From the IMG/VR virus record IMGVR_UViG_2563366840_000001: DNA of 64,000 nt, one strand, 5' to 3'. Below the pieces are notes generated by a model that did no database searches, was not told the DNA's origin, and worked only from the letters and a program-made list of their open reading frames with translations. Shown one piece after another: positions 30,842 through 40,772 of this stretch; the stretch's first letter is position 1, and every line of letters begins with the position of its first letter. The position numbers and the translations under genes are program-made. This stretch comes from a virus. Its lineage: Duplodnaviria; Heunggongvirae; Uroviricota; Caudoviricetes.

Positions 30842-32211
30842 TAATAATCCTCTTGCCAGTCAGCACCGGCATAGTTATCAAACCGTGAGTATTGGCCGTT
30901 AAAAGCCAATCTCACCGTGCCAATTGGGCCATTTCGTTGCTTACCGATAATTACCTCGGCAATGCCCTTCATTTCGCTATCCGGGTGATAAACTTCGTCG
31001 CGATACAGAAACATGATCAGGTCTGCGTCCTGTTCAATTGCTCCTGATTCGCGTAAATCTGAATTTACCGGTCGTTTGTCCGCGCGCTGTTCAAGCGAGC
31101 GATTAAGTTGTGACAATGCCACCACCGGTACTTGTAATTCCTTCGCCAACGCCTTCAGTGAGCGAGAAATCTCGGCAATTTCCAGCGTTCGGTTATCTTG
31201 CAGCTCGGGGACGCGCATAAGTTGCAGGTAGTCGATCATAATCATGCTCAAACCACCATTTTCTTTATAAACACGACGAGCGCGGGAACGTAGCTCTGTC
31301 GGCGTCAGGGCGCTTGAGTCATCAATAAAAATATTCTGCTTGTCCAACAGAATACCCATTGCGCCAGAAACCCGCGCCCAATCATCGTCGTTAAGTTGCC
31401 CCGTTCTAATACGAGTCTGATCAACGCGTGCAAGAGAAGCCAGTGAGCGCATCATCAGCTGGTGACTCGGCATCTCAAGGCTAAAAACCAATACGGGCTT
31501 ATCGTTACGAACTGCGGCATTTTCGACGAGATTCATCGCAAACGTGGTCTTCCCCATAGATGGGCGGGCGGCGACAATGATGAGATCGGACGGCTGAAGC
31601 CCCGCCGTCTTCTTATTGAGATCGGTAAATCCCGTATCAAGCCCCGTTACACCATCATGCGGTCGCTGAAACAACTCTTCTATGCGAGATACCGTTGCAT
31701 CGAGAATGCTGGCGATATCTTTTGGACCACTACCGCTATTTTGTCGTTTTTCAGCTATTTCAAAAACGCGGCGCTCGGCCATATCCAGCAATTCATTGCT
31801 GCCCCTGCCATCCTGCGCATATCCAGCTTCGGCTATTTCATTTGCGACGGAAATCATTTCACGAACAACCGCGCGTTCACGAACGATATCCGCATAAGCA
31901 CAAATATTTGCCGCGCTGGGCGTGTTCTTTGACATCTCCGCAAGGTACGCAAAACCACCGGCGCGTTCTAATTTACCGTTCTGTTCAAGTGCTTCAGCAA
32001 GTGTTATCAAATCAATCGGTTTGCCATGACTTAATAACCTCTCCATCTCACTGAAAATTTCACGATGAGCACTGGTATAAAAATCATCAGCAACTATACG
32101 ATCTGCAACTTCATCCCAGCGGCAGTTATCAAGCATTAAGCCACCAAGTACAGCTTGTTCTGCACTAAGGGAATTTGGCATGGATTCAAGAGGGGATGCA
32201 GACATTAGCAC
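30841..32211 (-). CDS. ban: Ban, DnaB-analog replicative helicase (456 aa)
   Basis: DnaB-family sequence (ARPSMGKTTFA Walker A) with N-terminus shorter than and diverged from E. coli DnaB, as expected for P1 Ban. Confidence 0.85.
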   Translation of the reverse strand: MLMSASPLESMPNSLSAEQAVLGGLMLDNCRWDEVADRIVADDFYTSAHREIFSEMERLLSHGKPIDLITLAEALEQNGKLERAGGFAYLAEMSKNTPSAANICAYADIVRERAVVREMISVANEIAEAGYAQDGRGSNELLDMAERRVFEIAEKRQNSGSGPKDIASILDATVSRIEELFQRPHDGVTGLDTGFTDLNKKTAGLQPSDLIIVAARPSMGKTTFAMNLVENAAVRNDKPVLVFSLEMPSHQLMMRSLASLARVDQTRIRTGQLNDDDWARVSGAMGILLDKQNIFIDDSSALTPTELRSRARRVYKENGGLSMIMIDYLQLMRVPELQDNRTLEIAEISRSLKALAKELQVPVVALSQLNRSLEQRADKRPVNSDLRESGAIEQDADLIMFLYRDEVYHPDSEMKGIAEVIIGKQRNGPIGTVRLAFNGQYSRFDNYAGADWQEDY

Positions 32212-32321
32212 TCCACCCAGGCGTGCTGAATGTCAGATATATGATTAGACTTGAGATAAATGACAGGGGATAAGTGAGATAATTATGGGAAGTACTGGGT
32301 CAACATGGGAAGAGACTGGAT

Positions 32322-32354
<33 letters not shown>

Positions 32355-32402
32355 AAGACTGGCCCGAAAAAAACAGAACTCGCACCAGCCTGATTGCAGA
32401 TA

Positions 32403-32822
32403 TTACTCCTTTTTCCCTGTATCGGCATCAGGTTCGCCATCAAACAGTTTGCCCTGCATCCGATCCAGTTCTTCTTTTCTGACCCGCTTCACCACGCTGT
32501 AAACCCACTGTAGTGAAACACCAAATTTGCGGGCCAGTTCGTGATGGTTGCGCCCGTCAAACTCCAGGAAAATTTCCCGGTCGCGCTGGCTGACCTTCCA
32601 GACCATGCCCATCGGAAAATAGACGTTTTGCCCACCCCAGACCTGCATCATGCGGTTCGCGACGGCCTGACCAATCTGGTCGGCAACTGCGGGTTCGATA
32701 TCAATAATCTCGCGGACAGTCTCAGAGGTATGCTGTGCCAGTTCCACCAACAGTTCCGGCCCTTTACTACGAAACTGATTCAGGTCGCTCATTGCTTCAC
32801 TCCCGCAGCTCTGCGCTGCCAC
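32403..32822 (-). CDS. Mor-like middle-operon transcription activator (likely start at Met 32792)
   Basis: Mor/C family pattern at C-terminus; position after GemA-like gene. Confidence 0.6.
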   Translation of the reverse strand: MAAQSCGSEAMSDLNQFRSKGPELLVELAQHTSETVREIIDIEPAVADQIGQAVANRMMQVWGGQNVYFPMGMVWKVSQRDREIFLEFDGRNHHELARKFGVSLQWVYSVVKRVRKEELDRMQGKLFDGEPDADTGKKE

Positions 32823-33217
32823 TTCTTCAGTTTCTCAATCACGCTACTTGCCTGCTCATTGCTGAGCCAGCGTAACGCGCTGATGCCGGTTTCCCGTTTA
32901 ACCCACAGCGCCAGCGCCTGCTCTGAACTGTCACGGACGATGCCTGCGGCAGCCATTTCAAGCCATAGCGCACGGATTTTCTTTGACTGCGGATGGCTGT
33001 CGAGCGGTAAGCCGGACTTGGCTTTCCCGGCAGGCTTAATGCGAAAGCCTTTCTTTTTCATTGATTCCAGCACGCGGTTTAGCTGTGGGGTATCCATCCC
33101 TTTGGTTGAGGCTTTGCCGGTCAGCCCCTGTAGCATCTGGCGGTAGGTGTCCTCATCCATCTGGAGGTCGCTGCGGGCAATATGAATGAGTTGAATAAGA
33201 CGCTGCTTAGTCATCAT
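32789..33217 (-). CDS. GemA-like protein (Mu gp16 family)
   Basis: MTKQRLIQLIHIARSDLQMDEDTYRQMLQ...; start taken at internal Met of ORF 32789..33406. Confidence 0.55.
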   Translation of the reverse strand: MMTKQRLIQLIHIARSDLQMDEDTYRQMLQGLTGKASTKGMDTPQLNRVLESMKKKGFRIKPAGKAKSGLPLDSHPQSKKIRALWLEMAAAGIVRDSSEQALALWVKRETGISALRWLSNEQASSVIEKLKKWQRRAAGVKQ

Positions 33218-33422
33218 TGCCACTCCTTTTACCTGCGCCACCGATATAGTCGACATATAAAGGAAGCGCGACAGGCCAGCACAGGAACATAACGGCCCAA
33301 CTGATCCAGTGTCCGGTACCGCTGTAACGTGAGTAAAACCCTGAACGGCGGTGCAGTTCAGCAGTACACCACCCCACGAGACCATACCAGAACAAGGCAC
33401 ATACAATTGATTCAGCCATCAT
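33207..33422 (-). CDS. Small membrane protein (71 aa)
   Basis: Two hydrophobic segments. Confidence 0.35.
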   Translation of the reverse strand: MMAESIVCALFWYGLVGWCTAELHRRSGFYSRYSGTGHWISWAVMFLCWPVALPLYVDYIGGAGKRSGNDD

Positions 33423-34108
33423 AAGCCACTCCCCAGCTTCCGCTGTTCCTGCCCGCTGACAGGCTGATGTAGACGGACGTTTTCTCCCTCTCTGTAACCG
33501 ATGTGGCGGGACATGTCCGCGTCACGGGATTTACCGGCTTTGCGGCCAGAGGTTGTTCCTGAATCAGGGTATTTTTGTTCAAGCCAGAGGTTTGCCAGCT
33601 CCCGTTCTTCGCGGGACATAGCAAATAAATGAACCTCACTACGCACGGCCAGAACCCATCCTTCGGCAAATTTGTCACCACGGCTGGTCTTGGTCGTGTT
33701 TTTGATTCTTTTATTCTGCTGTCGAATATAGTTTTTACGGGCCATGATTAACTGTCTGGCCAGTACCTCCCATGTATATGAGGCCAGTTCAACCCGGTCT
33801 TTATTACCGTAAAAGCCAACGCCGGGTTTAAAGCCGGAGTGAATAATAGACTTAACGCCAAATGCCACCTGGATAATATCCAGCAGACCCAGCATATAAC
33901 GCGGCGGATTAACGCTACCTGCAGCCCAGTAGTTACTGACGCTTTCATCAATATCACTGAGTGCGAGGTCAGCCTGGGTGATGTTATAGGCCTGCATCAG
34001 TTTCTGGGCGCGTTGCAGTGCCAGTGCCGCTTCATGGGGGTTATCGGATTTAGCCAGCGCAAGTAGCTTTTTTAACTTCTCCAGCAGCTTTTCATTATTC
34101 TGCGGCAT
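33419..34108 (-). CDS. Conserved early protein, DUF2786-like N-terminus (229 aa)
   Basis: EKLLEKLKKLLALAKSDNPHEAALALQRAQKLM motif; from memory. Confidence 0.5.
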   Translation of the reverse strand: MPQNNEKLLEKLKKLLALAKSDNPHEAALALQRAQKLMQAYNITQADLALSDIDESVSNYWAAGSVNPPRYMLGLLDIIQVAFGVKSIIHSGFKPGVGFYGNKDRVELASYTWEVLARQLIMARKNYIRQQNKRIKNTTKTSRGDKFAEGWVLAVRSEVHLFAMSREERELANLWLEQKYPDSGTTSGRKAGKSRDADMSRHIGYREGENVRLHQPVSGQEQRKLGSGL

Positions 34109-34391
34109 AAGTCACCCCCAGGCGTTCGGCAAGGCGTTCCAGCTTTTTCTGCTTATGAAAATCAATCATCAGGCCCATCCCGTTTAGGCGGAACTGTTCA
34201 ATCATGATTTCAACGTCAGCCAGTTCGCCTGCCAGATCAACTTCATTGCCCAGTCCGTTCATGTTGCGGGCAGCAGCAGCGGCCAGTTCGGCAGCTTCTT
34301 CCATCAGCTTCAGAGCCTGAGCTTCTGGGCCGAAGGTTTTGAGGGCCAGATTGTAGATCGTCGAACGGTTATATAATTTCATGCCTTTCAT
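34095..34391 (-). CDS. Hypothetical early protein (98 aa)
   Basis: ORF track. Confidence 0.45.
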   Translation of the reverse strand: MKGMKLYNRSTIYNLALKTFGPEAQALKLMEEAAELAAAAARNMNGLGNEVDLAGELADVEIMIEQFRLNGMGLMIDFHKQKKLERLAERLGVTYAAE

Positions 34392-34406
34392 CTTATCTTC
34401 CCCAAA

Positions 34407-34679
34407 TCAATGGCGTGATACGCTGATAACTTTCACGTGGCCGTCCTCAGTAATTTCCAGCTCGTACAGCGGCGGCATTTTTCTCAGGTGGTCACTGGTG
34501 GCGTGAAGAACGTAAATGGCCTGATCTAGGCCATTTGTTGCTACGATGGCGTGTGAAGCCATGCTGATTAATTTGATTAATACCTGCCGGATATGGTTGG
34601 GATTTTCACAACCACATTCACTGATATATTCCGCGACAATTTCACGGGTCCGTTTTTCGGCTTCTTTTGCAGTAATCAT
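34407..34679 (-). CDS. Hypothetical early protein (90 aa)
   Basis: ORF track. Confidence 0.45.
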   Translation of the reverse strand: MITAKEAEKRTREIVAEYISECGCENPNHIRQVLIKLISMASHAIVATNGLDQAIYVLHATSDHLRKMPPLYELEITEDGHVKVISVSRH

Positions 34680-34864
34680 TTCTTTGCCTCACAAGGGATG
34701 AATTCCATGGCCGGGACTTCGGTGTAGTAATGCTGGCTACAGTGTGGGCATACCAGCGTGATGAGGACGGCTGGTACGCGGTACTTACCGGAGGAAATGA
34801 CGCTGGCGTCGCTGAACTTCAGGGTGGTGATACCTTTCTGGCAGTTGATACATTTGATGGACAT
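34676..34864 (-). CDS. Small zinc-ribbon protein (62 aa)
   Basis: CINC ... CPHC pattern. Confidence 0.45.
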   Translation of the reverse strand: MSIKCINCQKGITTLKFSDASVISSGKYRVPAVLITLVCPHCSQHYYTEVPAMEFIPCEAKK

Positions 34865-34942
34865 GATTTATTCCTTAATGCTGTTTTCGGCGTGTAGAAG
34901 CCCACGGCACTGACGCCGAAATAAAAAGAAATTGAATTAAAA

Positions 34943-35554
34943 TTAAATGGCAGCGATATCTAACGGAATATTAATTAGCTTCCCGTGTTTATCTTTCTCC
35001 CGGAAATTAATATAGGTTTTGGACATTGCCACCTGCAGTGATTCCGATATGGCCTCCATTGCCCGGTTCCAGCGCTCGTCCTGAATCTTGACGCGGCGCA
35101 GGGAAAGAATACGTCCGGTATTAAGCTGGCCCTCTTTGTCCACCTGAAAAGCATCGCTGATGATGGCCCGCAGGTTGGCGTTCGCGCCTTCCGACCACTC
35201 GGTGACGCACTCGTCTATCAGGTCTTTGGCAATCTGCAGCTCTGGCCCGAAGGTCAGGGTTTCCTGCACGCGGATGGTGATCTGCTGAGCACCGTCGAAG
35301 CTGCTGAAGGTCACGTTGCCTTTGGCACCGCCACGCGTTCTGCCGTACTTCTCGGCCACAAGGTCAAGCCAGGCATAGCACTCGTCAAAGGCACGACGCT
35401 TGAAGTCACTGAGTTCATCGCGTTTAACCTTCGCGGCGACAACCTGTTCTTTAACGAAAGAGTCCATCGCAAGGTCATAGTCAGACACCTGGTCAACCGG
35501 CACCAGACGCCCCTTGCGGTCTTTCATGTAGTTTTCTTTATTTACTTCGCTCAT
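34943..35554 (-). CDS. Conserved Mu-like early protein (203 aa)
   Basis: ORF track; position downstream of B-like gene. Confidence 0.5.
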   Translation of the reverse strand: MSEVNKENYMKDRKGRLVPVDQVSDYDLAMDSFVKEQVVAAKVKRDELSDFKRRAFDECYAWLDLVAEKYGRTRGGAKGNVTFSSFDGAQQITIRVQETLTFGPELQIAKDLIDECVTEWSEGANANLRAIISDAFQVDKEGQLNTGRILSLRRVKIQDERWNRAMEAISESLQVAMSKTYINFREKDKHGKLINIPLDIAAI

Positions 35555-35571
35555 CTCTGTTCACCTTATGG

Positions 35572-35841
35572 TTAATGTAACGACTCTGACCAGGTAATAC
35601 GGCAGCCATGCAACTCAAAGACACCCTGACGGAAGCGCCCTGAGCCGTCATGGCCAACATGGGTATAACTCGCTTTGCCCTGCTCCAGCAGGCGGGCACA
35701 GTGCCCGTTGCGGGCGATACGGATAACCGGCTTACTGCCAGCAATCATGACGCTCTGCACGGTAGTGTTCATGGCGTTGAGCGCCATAATGGCGGACTGC
35801 ACCTTGTTCATCTGCTGGTTGATATCGGCGATGGATTTCAT
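35572..35841 (-). CDS. Hypothetical early protein (89 aa)
   Basis: ORF track. Confidence 0.4.
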   Translation of the reverse strand: MKSIADINQQMNKVQSAIMALNAMNTTVQSVMIAGSKPVIRIARNGHCARLLEQGKASYTHVGHDGSGRFRQGVFELHGCRITWSESLH

Positions 35842-35843
35842 GC

Positions 35844-37010
35844 TTAAACTCCTTTGACGACGTCGGCGTTGACCTGCGGGACCCCGATTTCAGCAGCCAG
35901 ATTCATGGCGGCTATCACCAGGTTACTGACGGCCAGCGGATACAGCAGGCTGACCATGCTTTTACGGCTACTACCCAGATTGCTCAGACGGGCGCGGATG
36001 GCTTCCACTGCGCTGGCGTCCATGATGTCGGCCAGCTGCTTACCGGCACGTTGCAGTTTGAACGTCAGAAACTCTTCGAGGCTGTTGTCCAGCGGCAGCA
36101 ATTCAACCAACTCGCAGCGCTGGACGACCTCACGGACTTCCATGTTGCGTTCGGACAGTTTGTCCGCCAGTTCAGGCTGGCCAATCAGCACGATGGACAG
36201 CAGTTTTTTGAAGCCGGACTCCAGTTCGAAGAAGCGTTTAAGGTGCTTCAGCGTCGGAATGGGAAGGCTGTGGGCCTCCTCAATCACCAGAACGTGGCTG
36301 AAACCCGCCTGACTGCTGTCCTTCAGGACTCGGTGCAACTGGCGGAAGCGGGCGTCCTGGCTGCGTTTGATACTCTCCAGCGGCGCGATGGTGCTGATGA
36401 TGGCCTCGGCGATAGCTGCCGCCTTCAGGGTTTTGCCCTTCACGTCGTTGTCTTCCATGGCGATGATGTATGGCTCGATTACAATCACCGGCGCGTTCTC
36501 GCGGTTGACGCGTTCAATCAGGTCGCGGCGCAGCGTGGATTTACCCGCACCGGACTCGCCGATAACCGCCAGAAAGCCACCATGGCGGGCGGTCTGGAAC
36601 AGCGCCTCACGCACGTAGCGGATATCCGGCGTGGTGAACACATCGTCCGCGCCCTGCATGGCTTCATCGGCGAACGGATCACGGAAAAGGCCAAACGCTT
36701 TTTTGGTTGCTGGAAATAACACCTGCTTTTTGAGTAACATGTTCTCTTCCTCACTGAGGTTGGTTTTATCGGTAGTACCCGCTGTACGGGGCGTGACAGC
36801 GCCCTGTGCAGCATCAAAACTTTTCACTGTATCAATCCCCTTACTTTCCAGATACAACGCCAGACGCTGGCGTACCTCTTCGGGGCTGGTGCGTGGCCAC
36901 TCGTTATGGTTCACAATCTGGGCCAGCGTGGCCTCGGAAACGGCGACGGCTCTTGCCACCACCGCCTGCGGGATGCGGGCCTCTTTCAGTTGTTGCTTCA
37001 GTACCAGCAT
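35844..37010 (-). CDS. Transposition ATPase, MuB-like AAA+ protein (388 aa)
   Basis: Walker A GESGAGKST; directly downstream of the transposase. Confidence 0.8.
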   Translation of the reverse strand: MLVLKQQLKEARIPQAVVARAVAVSEATLAQIVNHNEWPRTSPEEVRQRLALYLESKGIDTVKSFDAAQGAVTPRTAGTTDKTNLSEEENMLLKKQVLFPATKKAFGLFRDPFADEAMQGADDVFTTPDIRYVREALFQTARHGGFLAVIGESGAGKSTLRRDLIERVNRENAPVIVIEPYIIAMEDNDVKGKTLKAAAIAEAIISTIAPLESIKRSQDARFRQLHRVLKDSSQAGFSHVLVIEEAHSLPIPTLKHLKRFFELESGFKKLLSIVLIGQPELADKLSERNMEVREVVQRCELVELLPLDNSLEEFLTFKLQRAGKQLADIMDASAVEAIRARLSNLGSSRKSMVSLLYPLAVSNLVIAAMNLAAEIGVPQVNADVVKGV

Positions 37011-37020
37011 GCCTTCCTCC

Positions 37021-38790
37021 TCAGTTACCGTTAACGATGCTGATAACGCTGTTGCGGGCCGGAGTGGTCAGGGTAACCATCACCTCATCCAGCGCGGCTT
37101 CAGGTACGCCATCCGGGTACTGCGCCGTTAACTGGCGGTAATGTTCCGGCGTCCAGATATGGCCGTTAGCGCCAAACTTCTCGCGCAGGGCTTTCGCCGC
37201 CTCCACATGGGTCAGCGGACGCTGCTCAATACGCGGCCCGCGCACGTCTGAAGCCTGACCGCGCTTCGGCATATAGGCCGGAAGCGTGGTGTCGTCGATA
37301 TGTTTGTACGGGTCAAGTCGCCCGCCGAACGGCAGCGCCTTCGCCTTGCGTGCAGCAGCTGCATCGGTGGCGTTATCGGTGCCCGTAACCAGCTCTTCGA
37401 TTTCTTTTGCCGCCGTCTGCGCCGGGGTCTCCGGCAGGGCTTTGTAGTTTTCGCCAAATACCGCCGCGTTTTCGGCAAAGCCGAACTCGTTCTTTCTGAC
37501 CTCCTCGACCAGGAAGAACGTCTCGTGACCGTCCTCACCGGTCAGCACCACCTGCGCCACATCGCTGCGCCACGGGTTACGGGTAATCATCAGTTTTTCG
37601 CCGACCAGTACGCCCGGTACCGTCGAAACGTCAAACTCATTGCCCCGGAACGAGACGCGCAGTTTTGGTGTGACCTTACGGAGTTCCGGTGCGGCCACCG
37701 CCAGTTCGCGGCAAACCTCAACGGATGGCGCTTTTTTCAGCTGGTCAGCAGTAATCTTCAGCCAGATATCCGTGCGGGTTTTACCGTGGCGGCTGTGGAC
37801 CGCCGTGGCGTTAAAGTGGCTGCGCCATTTCACCGCCAGTGCGTTCAGTTCGTCCAGGCTATGAACCGGCTGGAATTTGAGACCCGGCTCCAGTTTACGT
37901 TCGATAATGTCACGGGCCTTTTCCACCTGCCCGGTGGCGCGGGCGTTATGCGGCTTGTGCGCTATCAGATTGATGCCCAGCGAGCGGCACATGTTTTTCG
38001 TCATGCCAGCGGTGTTCGCCGAACCGGGATCAAGGTAGAGTATTTTCGGCACGCCGTGCAGCACGTCCGCGCCGCCGCGCTCCTGCATGGCGTTGATAAG
38101 CACAGAACAGAGGTTCTCACCAGATTCCGCACCCATCACGTACTCAACGTAAATCCAGCCGCTGGTATGGTCGGTAATCTCGTAACTCCACACGCGGTCA
38201 CTGGCGATGCGGGCGATGTTGGCAGGCTTGTTCTTGTAGAACTTCGAGCTGTCCATCACCTGCAACCCTTTATGGCCGTTGCTCAGGTAGTAAAGCGTAC
38301 AAAGTGAGGCATCAATCTCCCAGACGTGATTGGGATGCAGGCTGGCCATCTCGGACGACGGGGCCGGTGCGTCAAGCTGTTCCGGGTGCAGACCATAGTT
38401 CCGCAGGGCGCGGCTGATGGTGTCCTCGGACAGCGGGAAAAACTCGCCTGTGGCCTCGTCCGTTCTGCCAGCAGTGATAAAGCCGTTTGACCGCAGGGTC
38501 TCCACCGCATCCGCGATGGAATACAGGCGCTTACCGTTCTTACGGGTGGCCTCGCGCAGCGTGGCAGATATCAGCGCGGCTTCGTCGCGGCTCAGGGCAC
38601 TGCGCCCGGCATCGGCGCGTTTTTTACGTTTGTCAGTCACTGATACCTCCTTCAGCTTGCGCAGCAGGGTGGCGCGGGAAATGCCCAGTTCGGCGCAGGC
38701 GGCATCATATATCGCACCACGCTTACCATGCCCCGCGTCACGTGCCGCGCGGGCAACATAAACCAGTCGTTCAGTCAGGGCGGCACTCAT
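37021..38790 (-). CDS. DDE transposase, rve/integrase-core type (589 aa)
   Basis: WEIDAS ... LYLDPGS ... GQVEKA candidate D,D,E triad spacing; N-terminal HTH. Confidence 0.8.
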   Translation of the reverse strand: MSAALTERLVYVARAARDAGHGKRGAIYDAACAELGISRATLLRKLKEVSVTDKRKKRADAGRSALSRDEAALISATLREATRKNGKRLYSIADAVETLRSNGFITAGRTDEATGEFFPLSEDTISRALRNYGLHPEQLDAPAPSSEMASLHPNHVWEIDASLCTLYYLSNGHKGLQVMDSSKFYKNKPANIARIASDRVWSYEITDHTSGWIYVEYVMGAESGENLCSVLINAMQERGGADVLHGVPKILYLDPGSANTAGMTKNMCRSLGINLIAHKPHNARATGQVEKARDIIERKLEPGLKFQPVHSLDELNALAVKWRSHFNATAVHSRHGKTRTDIWLKITADQLKKAPSVEVCRELAVAAPELRKVTPKLRVSFRGNEFDVSTVPGVLVGEKLMITRNPWRSDVAQVVLTGEDGHETFFLVEEVRKNEFGFAENAAVFGENYKALPETPAQTAAKEIEELVTGTDNATDAAAARKAKALPFGGRLDPYKHIDDTTLPAYMPKRGQASDVRGPRIEQRPLTHVEAAKALREKFGANGHIWTPEHYRQLTAQYPDGVPEAALDEVMVTLTTPARNSVISIVNGN

Positions 38791-38793
38791 GGG

Positions 38794-39702
38794 TTATGCC
38801 TCCTGCCCGTTAATCTCTGGCGTCGGGTCAGTCAGCCATGAAGGGGCGGCGTTGCCTGTCGGCTCGTCCGGCAGGTCAAATGTGGAGCGTAGGCTACGCG
38901 CGGTGCTTTCCAACTGGCAGACCAGACCGGCCATAAAGTCTCTGGGGGTATCAATCATATTTTCAGCACAGTATGCGCACAGGGTCTCAAAGGCGCTGGA
39001 CAGTCGAACGGCGATGGCAGATTCCGCCTCAACCGCTAACGCTGTAACTTCCGCACGCAGCTTCTTCACCTCTTCGTCAGGCTTGGGCGGCTGGATACGG
39101 GATTTCTTCTCCAGTTTTGTGGAGAGCGAGTCGATTTTTTCGTTTTTGTCGGCAAGCACGCGCTGTTGTGCTGCGTTGGTTTCGCGGGCTTCACGTAGGG
39201 CTTGACGCAATTCTCTACAGCTCATGCGGTCGACATCATCTAGTTTCAGACCCGCTACAGTGCCACCATCAGCCAGTTCAGCGAGAGATTCATCATCTTC
39301 AGTCATCAATTCAAAAAGTTTGGATTTACCCAAATGTGCCAACGTTGGCACATTTGATTTCAGTGCGGGGGATAAGTATTTAGTCGATGCTTGCATCATC
39401 CGCACAGAAGTTCGGTATGGTAAGCCCAACTCATTTTCAAGAATGTTAATAAATTCCCCGTGCGGCTCATTTTCTTTAAGAATTACAAGGCGCTTACCTG
39501 CTTCCAGCATCGCCTCAGCACTCTGTGCCATATAAAACCGTGTTTCGTGAACAATACGATCACGTTCATACGGCAGACCATCACCGAACTGCTGCATGAT
39601 TTCGAGGCGATGTTCGGTCATGGCATTAAGACTAACGTTGAGGCCATCACTCAGCGGAGCATCTTCCATTAGTTCAACTGGTTGTGATTTTGTGCGTCCC
39701 AT
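38794..39702 (-). CDS. Conserved early protein, DUF3102-like (302 aa)
   Basis: ORF track; family call from memory. Confidence 0.45.
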   Translation of the reverse strand: MGRTKSQPVELMEDAPLSDGLNVSLNAMTEHRLEIMQQFGDGLPYERDRIVHETRFYMAQSAEAMLEAGKRLVILKENEPHGEFINILENELGLPYRTSVRMMQASTKYLSPALKSNVPTLAHLGKSKLFELMTEDDESLAELADGGTVAGLKLDDVDRMSCRELRQALREARETNAAQQRVLADKNEKIDSLSTKLEKKSRIQPPKPDEEVKKLRAEVTALAVEAESAIAVRLSSAFETLCAYCAENMIDTPRDFMAGLVCQLESTARSLRSTFDLPDEPTGNAAPSWLTDPTPEINGQEA

Positions 39703-39711
39703 TTCAACTCC

Positions 39712-40017
39712 TTAGCGACTACCAGCCATAACACGCTGGTTGATTTCATTAATACGATCCTGCGCCCGCGCCATTTCGGTACTGTGCGCCATGGCGATTT
39801 GTAAGAGCTGGACTCCAGGGGCAAAACGCCCGTTATCCAGTTTCAGGGCCAGTCCTTCTTCGATAAGGGTATTGAGCGCCCGATTGATATTCGCCGGGGA
39901 CTCGCCCAGAGCTGACGCCAGCTCGCCGTTAGAAACACCGTTCAGAGCGTGACCGCGTAAAGCCTTAAGGACACGCAAAATACGGGTACCTGAGCTTGAT
40001 GTATTTGGTTTACTCAT
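39712..40017 (-). CDS. Winged-helix DNA-binding protein (101 aa)
   Basis: HTH-like segment LNGVSNGELASALGESPANINRALNTLIEEG. Confidence 0.45.
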   Translation of the reverse strand: MSKPNTSSSGTRILRVLKALRGHALNGVSNGELASALGESPANINRALNTLIEEGLALKLDNGRFAPGVQLLQIAMAHSTEMARAQDRINEINQRVMAGSR

Positions 40018-40244
40018 GACGCCTCCTTGAGGATGCCGGGGGTAACTTCTTTGCCTATTGCGACCGAAAGGTCTCGCAAAATCCGATAAGTCAAACGACC
40101 GCGTGGAAGTTCGCTTTTGCCTGCCCAGCGGCTGACAGCCTGGGTGACTGTTCGTGGCTCATAGCCCGCGTTAAGCGCGAACTGGCGCAAGCTACTGCCT
40201 CTTTCAACCAGCCGTGCCCGAACTTGTTGTTTGTTCATATGCAC
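40014..40244 (-). CDS. Ner-like DNA-binding regulator (76 aa; GTG or nearby ATG start)
   Basis: SLRQFALNAGYEPRTVTQAV resembles the Ner/Nlp HTH; divergent from repressor. Confidence 0.6.
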   Translation of the reverse strand: MHMNKQQVRARLVERGSSLRQFALNAGYEPRTVTQAVSRWAGKSELPRGRLTYRILRDLSVAIGKEVTPGILKEAS

Positions 40245-40326
40245 CGTGTTCCTGTTGGGTTATGATGTACTCTATTGGGTCTATTGTACGCACCCGAACG
40301 GGTATGTCAAATTGAGATATGTTCAA

Positions 40327-40737
40327 ATGAGTATAAAAGAGAGATTGCGCGAAGCGATGGATGCTAAGAGTCTGACAATTAAGGCATTGTCAGACTTGTC
40401 AAAAATTCCATATCGCTCACTTCAAAACTATCTGCGTGGAGAGAGAGAACCTAATGCAGAGGCTCTTGTTGCGCTAAGCACCCATTTGAACATATCAATA
40501 GATTGGCTACTTACTGGTAAAGGGGAAGCTGTTGGGGTAGAGAAAGCACAGCCAGCTAATCAGGAGCAGCATTTCAACCAGTCTGATCTGAAGTTATTGG
40601 AGCTGCTCAACCAACTGGAGCCAGAGGTGCGAAAAGAGTTGCTGCGAGGCGCTGAGGAAAAACAGCGAATGATTGATATGGAAAAACAGCTTAAGGAGCT
40701 GTCCGCAGCGTTCGAAAGATTAAAAAATACGGGTTAA
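40327..40737 (+). CDS. Prophage repressor, XRE-family HTH (136 aa from Met 40327)
   Basis: SLTIKALSDLSKIPYRSLQNYLRGEREP HTH; divergent from ner-like gene with 82-bp spacer. Confidence 0.65.
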   Translation: MSIKERLREAMDAKSLTIKALSDLSKIPYRSLQNYLRGEREPNAEALVALSTHLNISIDWLLTGKGEAVGVEKAQPANQEQHFNQSDLKLLELLNQLEPEVRKELLRGAEEKQRMIDMEKQLKELSAAFERLKNTG

Positions 40738-40772
40738 TCTGTTCCTATTAAGAACATTAGAGGTATAAGGAC

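Noticed and set aside
30841-32211. Possibility that the helicase is host dnaB rather than phage ban
   Set aside because: N-terminus is shorter than and diverged from E. coli DnaB, and the gene is embedded among phage genes; P1 Ban fits better.
36051-38307. Long antisense ORFs inside the transposase and B genes (36051..36719, 37300..38307)
   Set aside because: Artefacts of high GC content with repetitive R/A/G-rich translations; the sense-strand genes have clear motifs.
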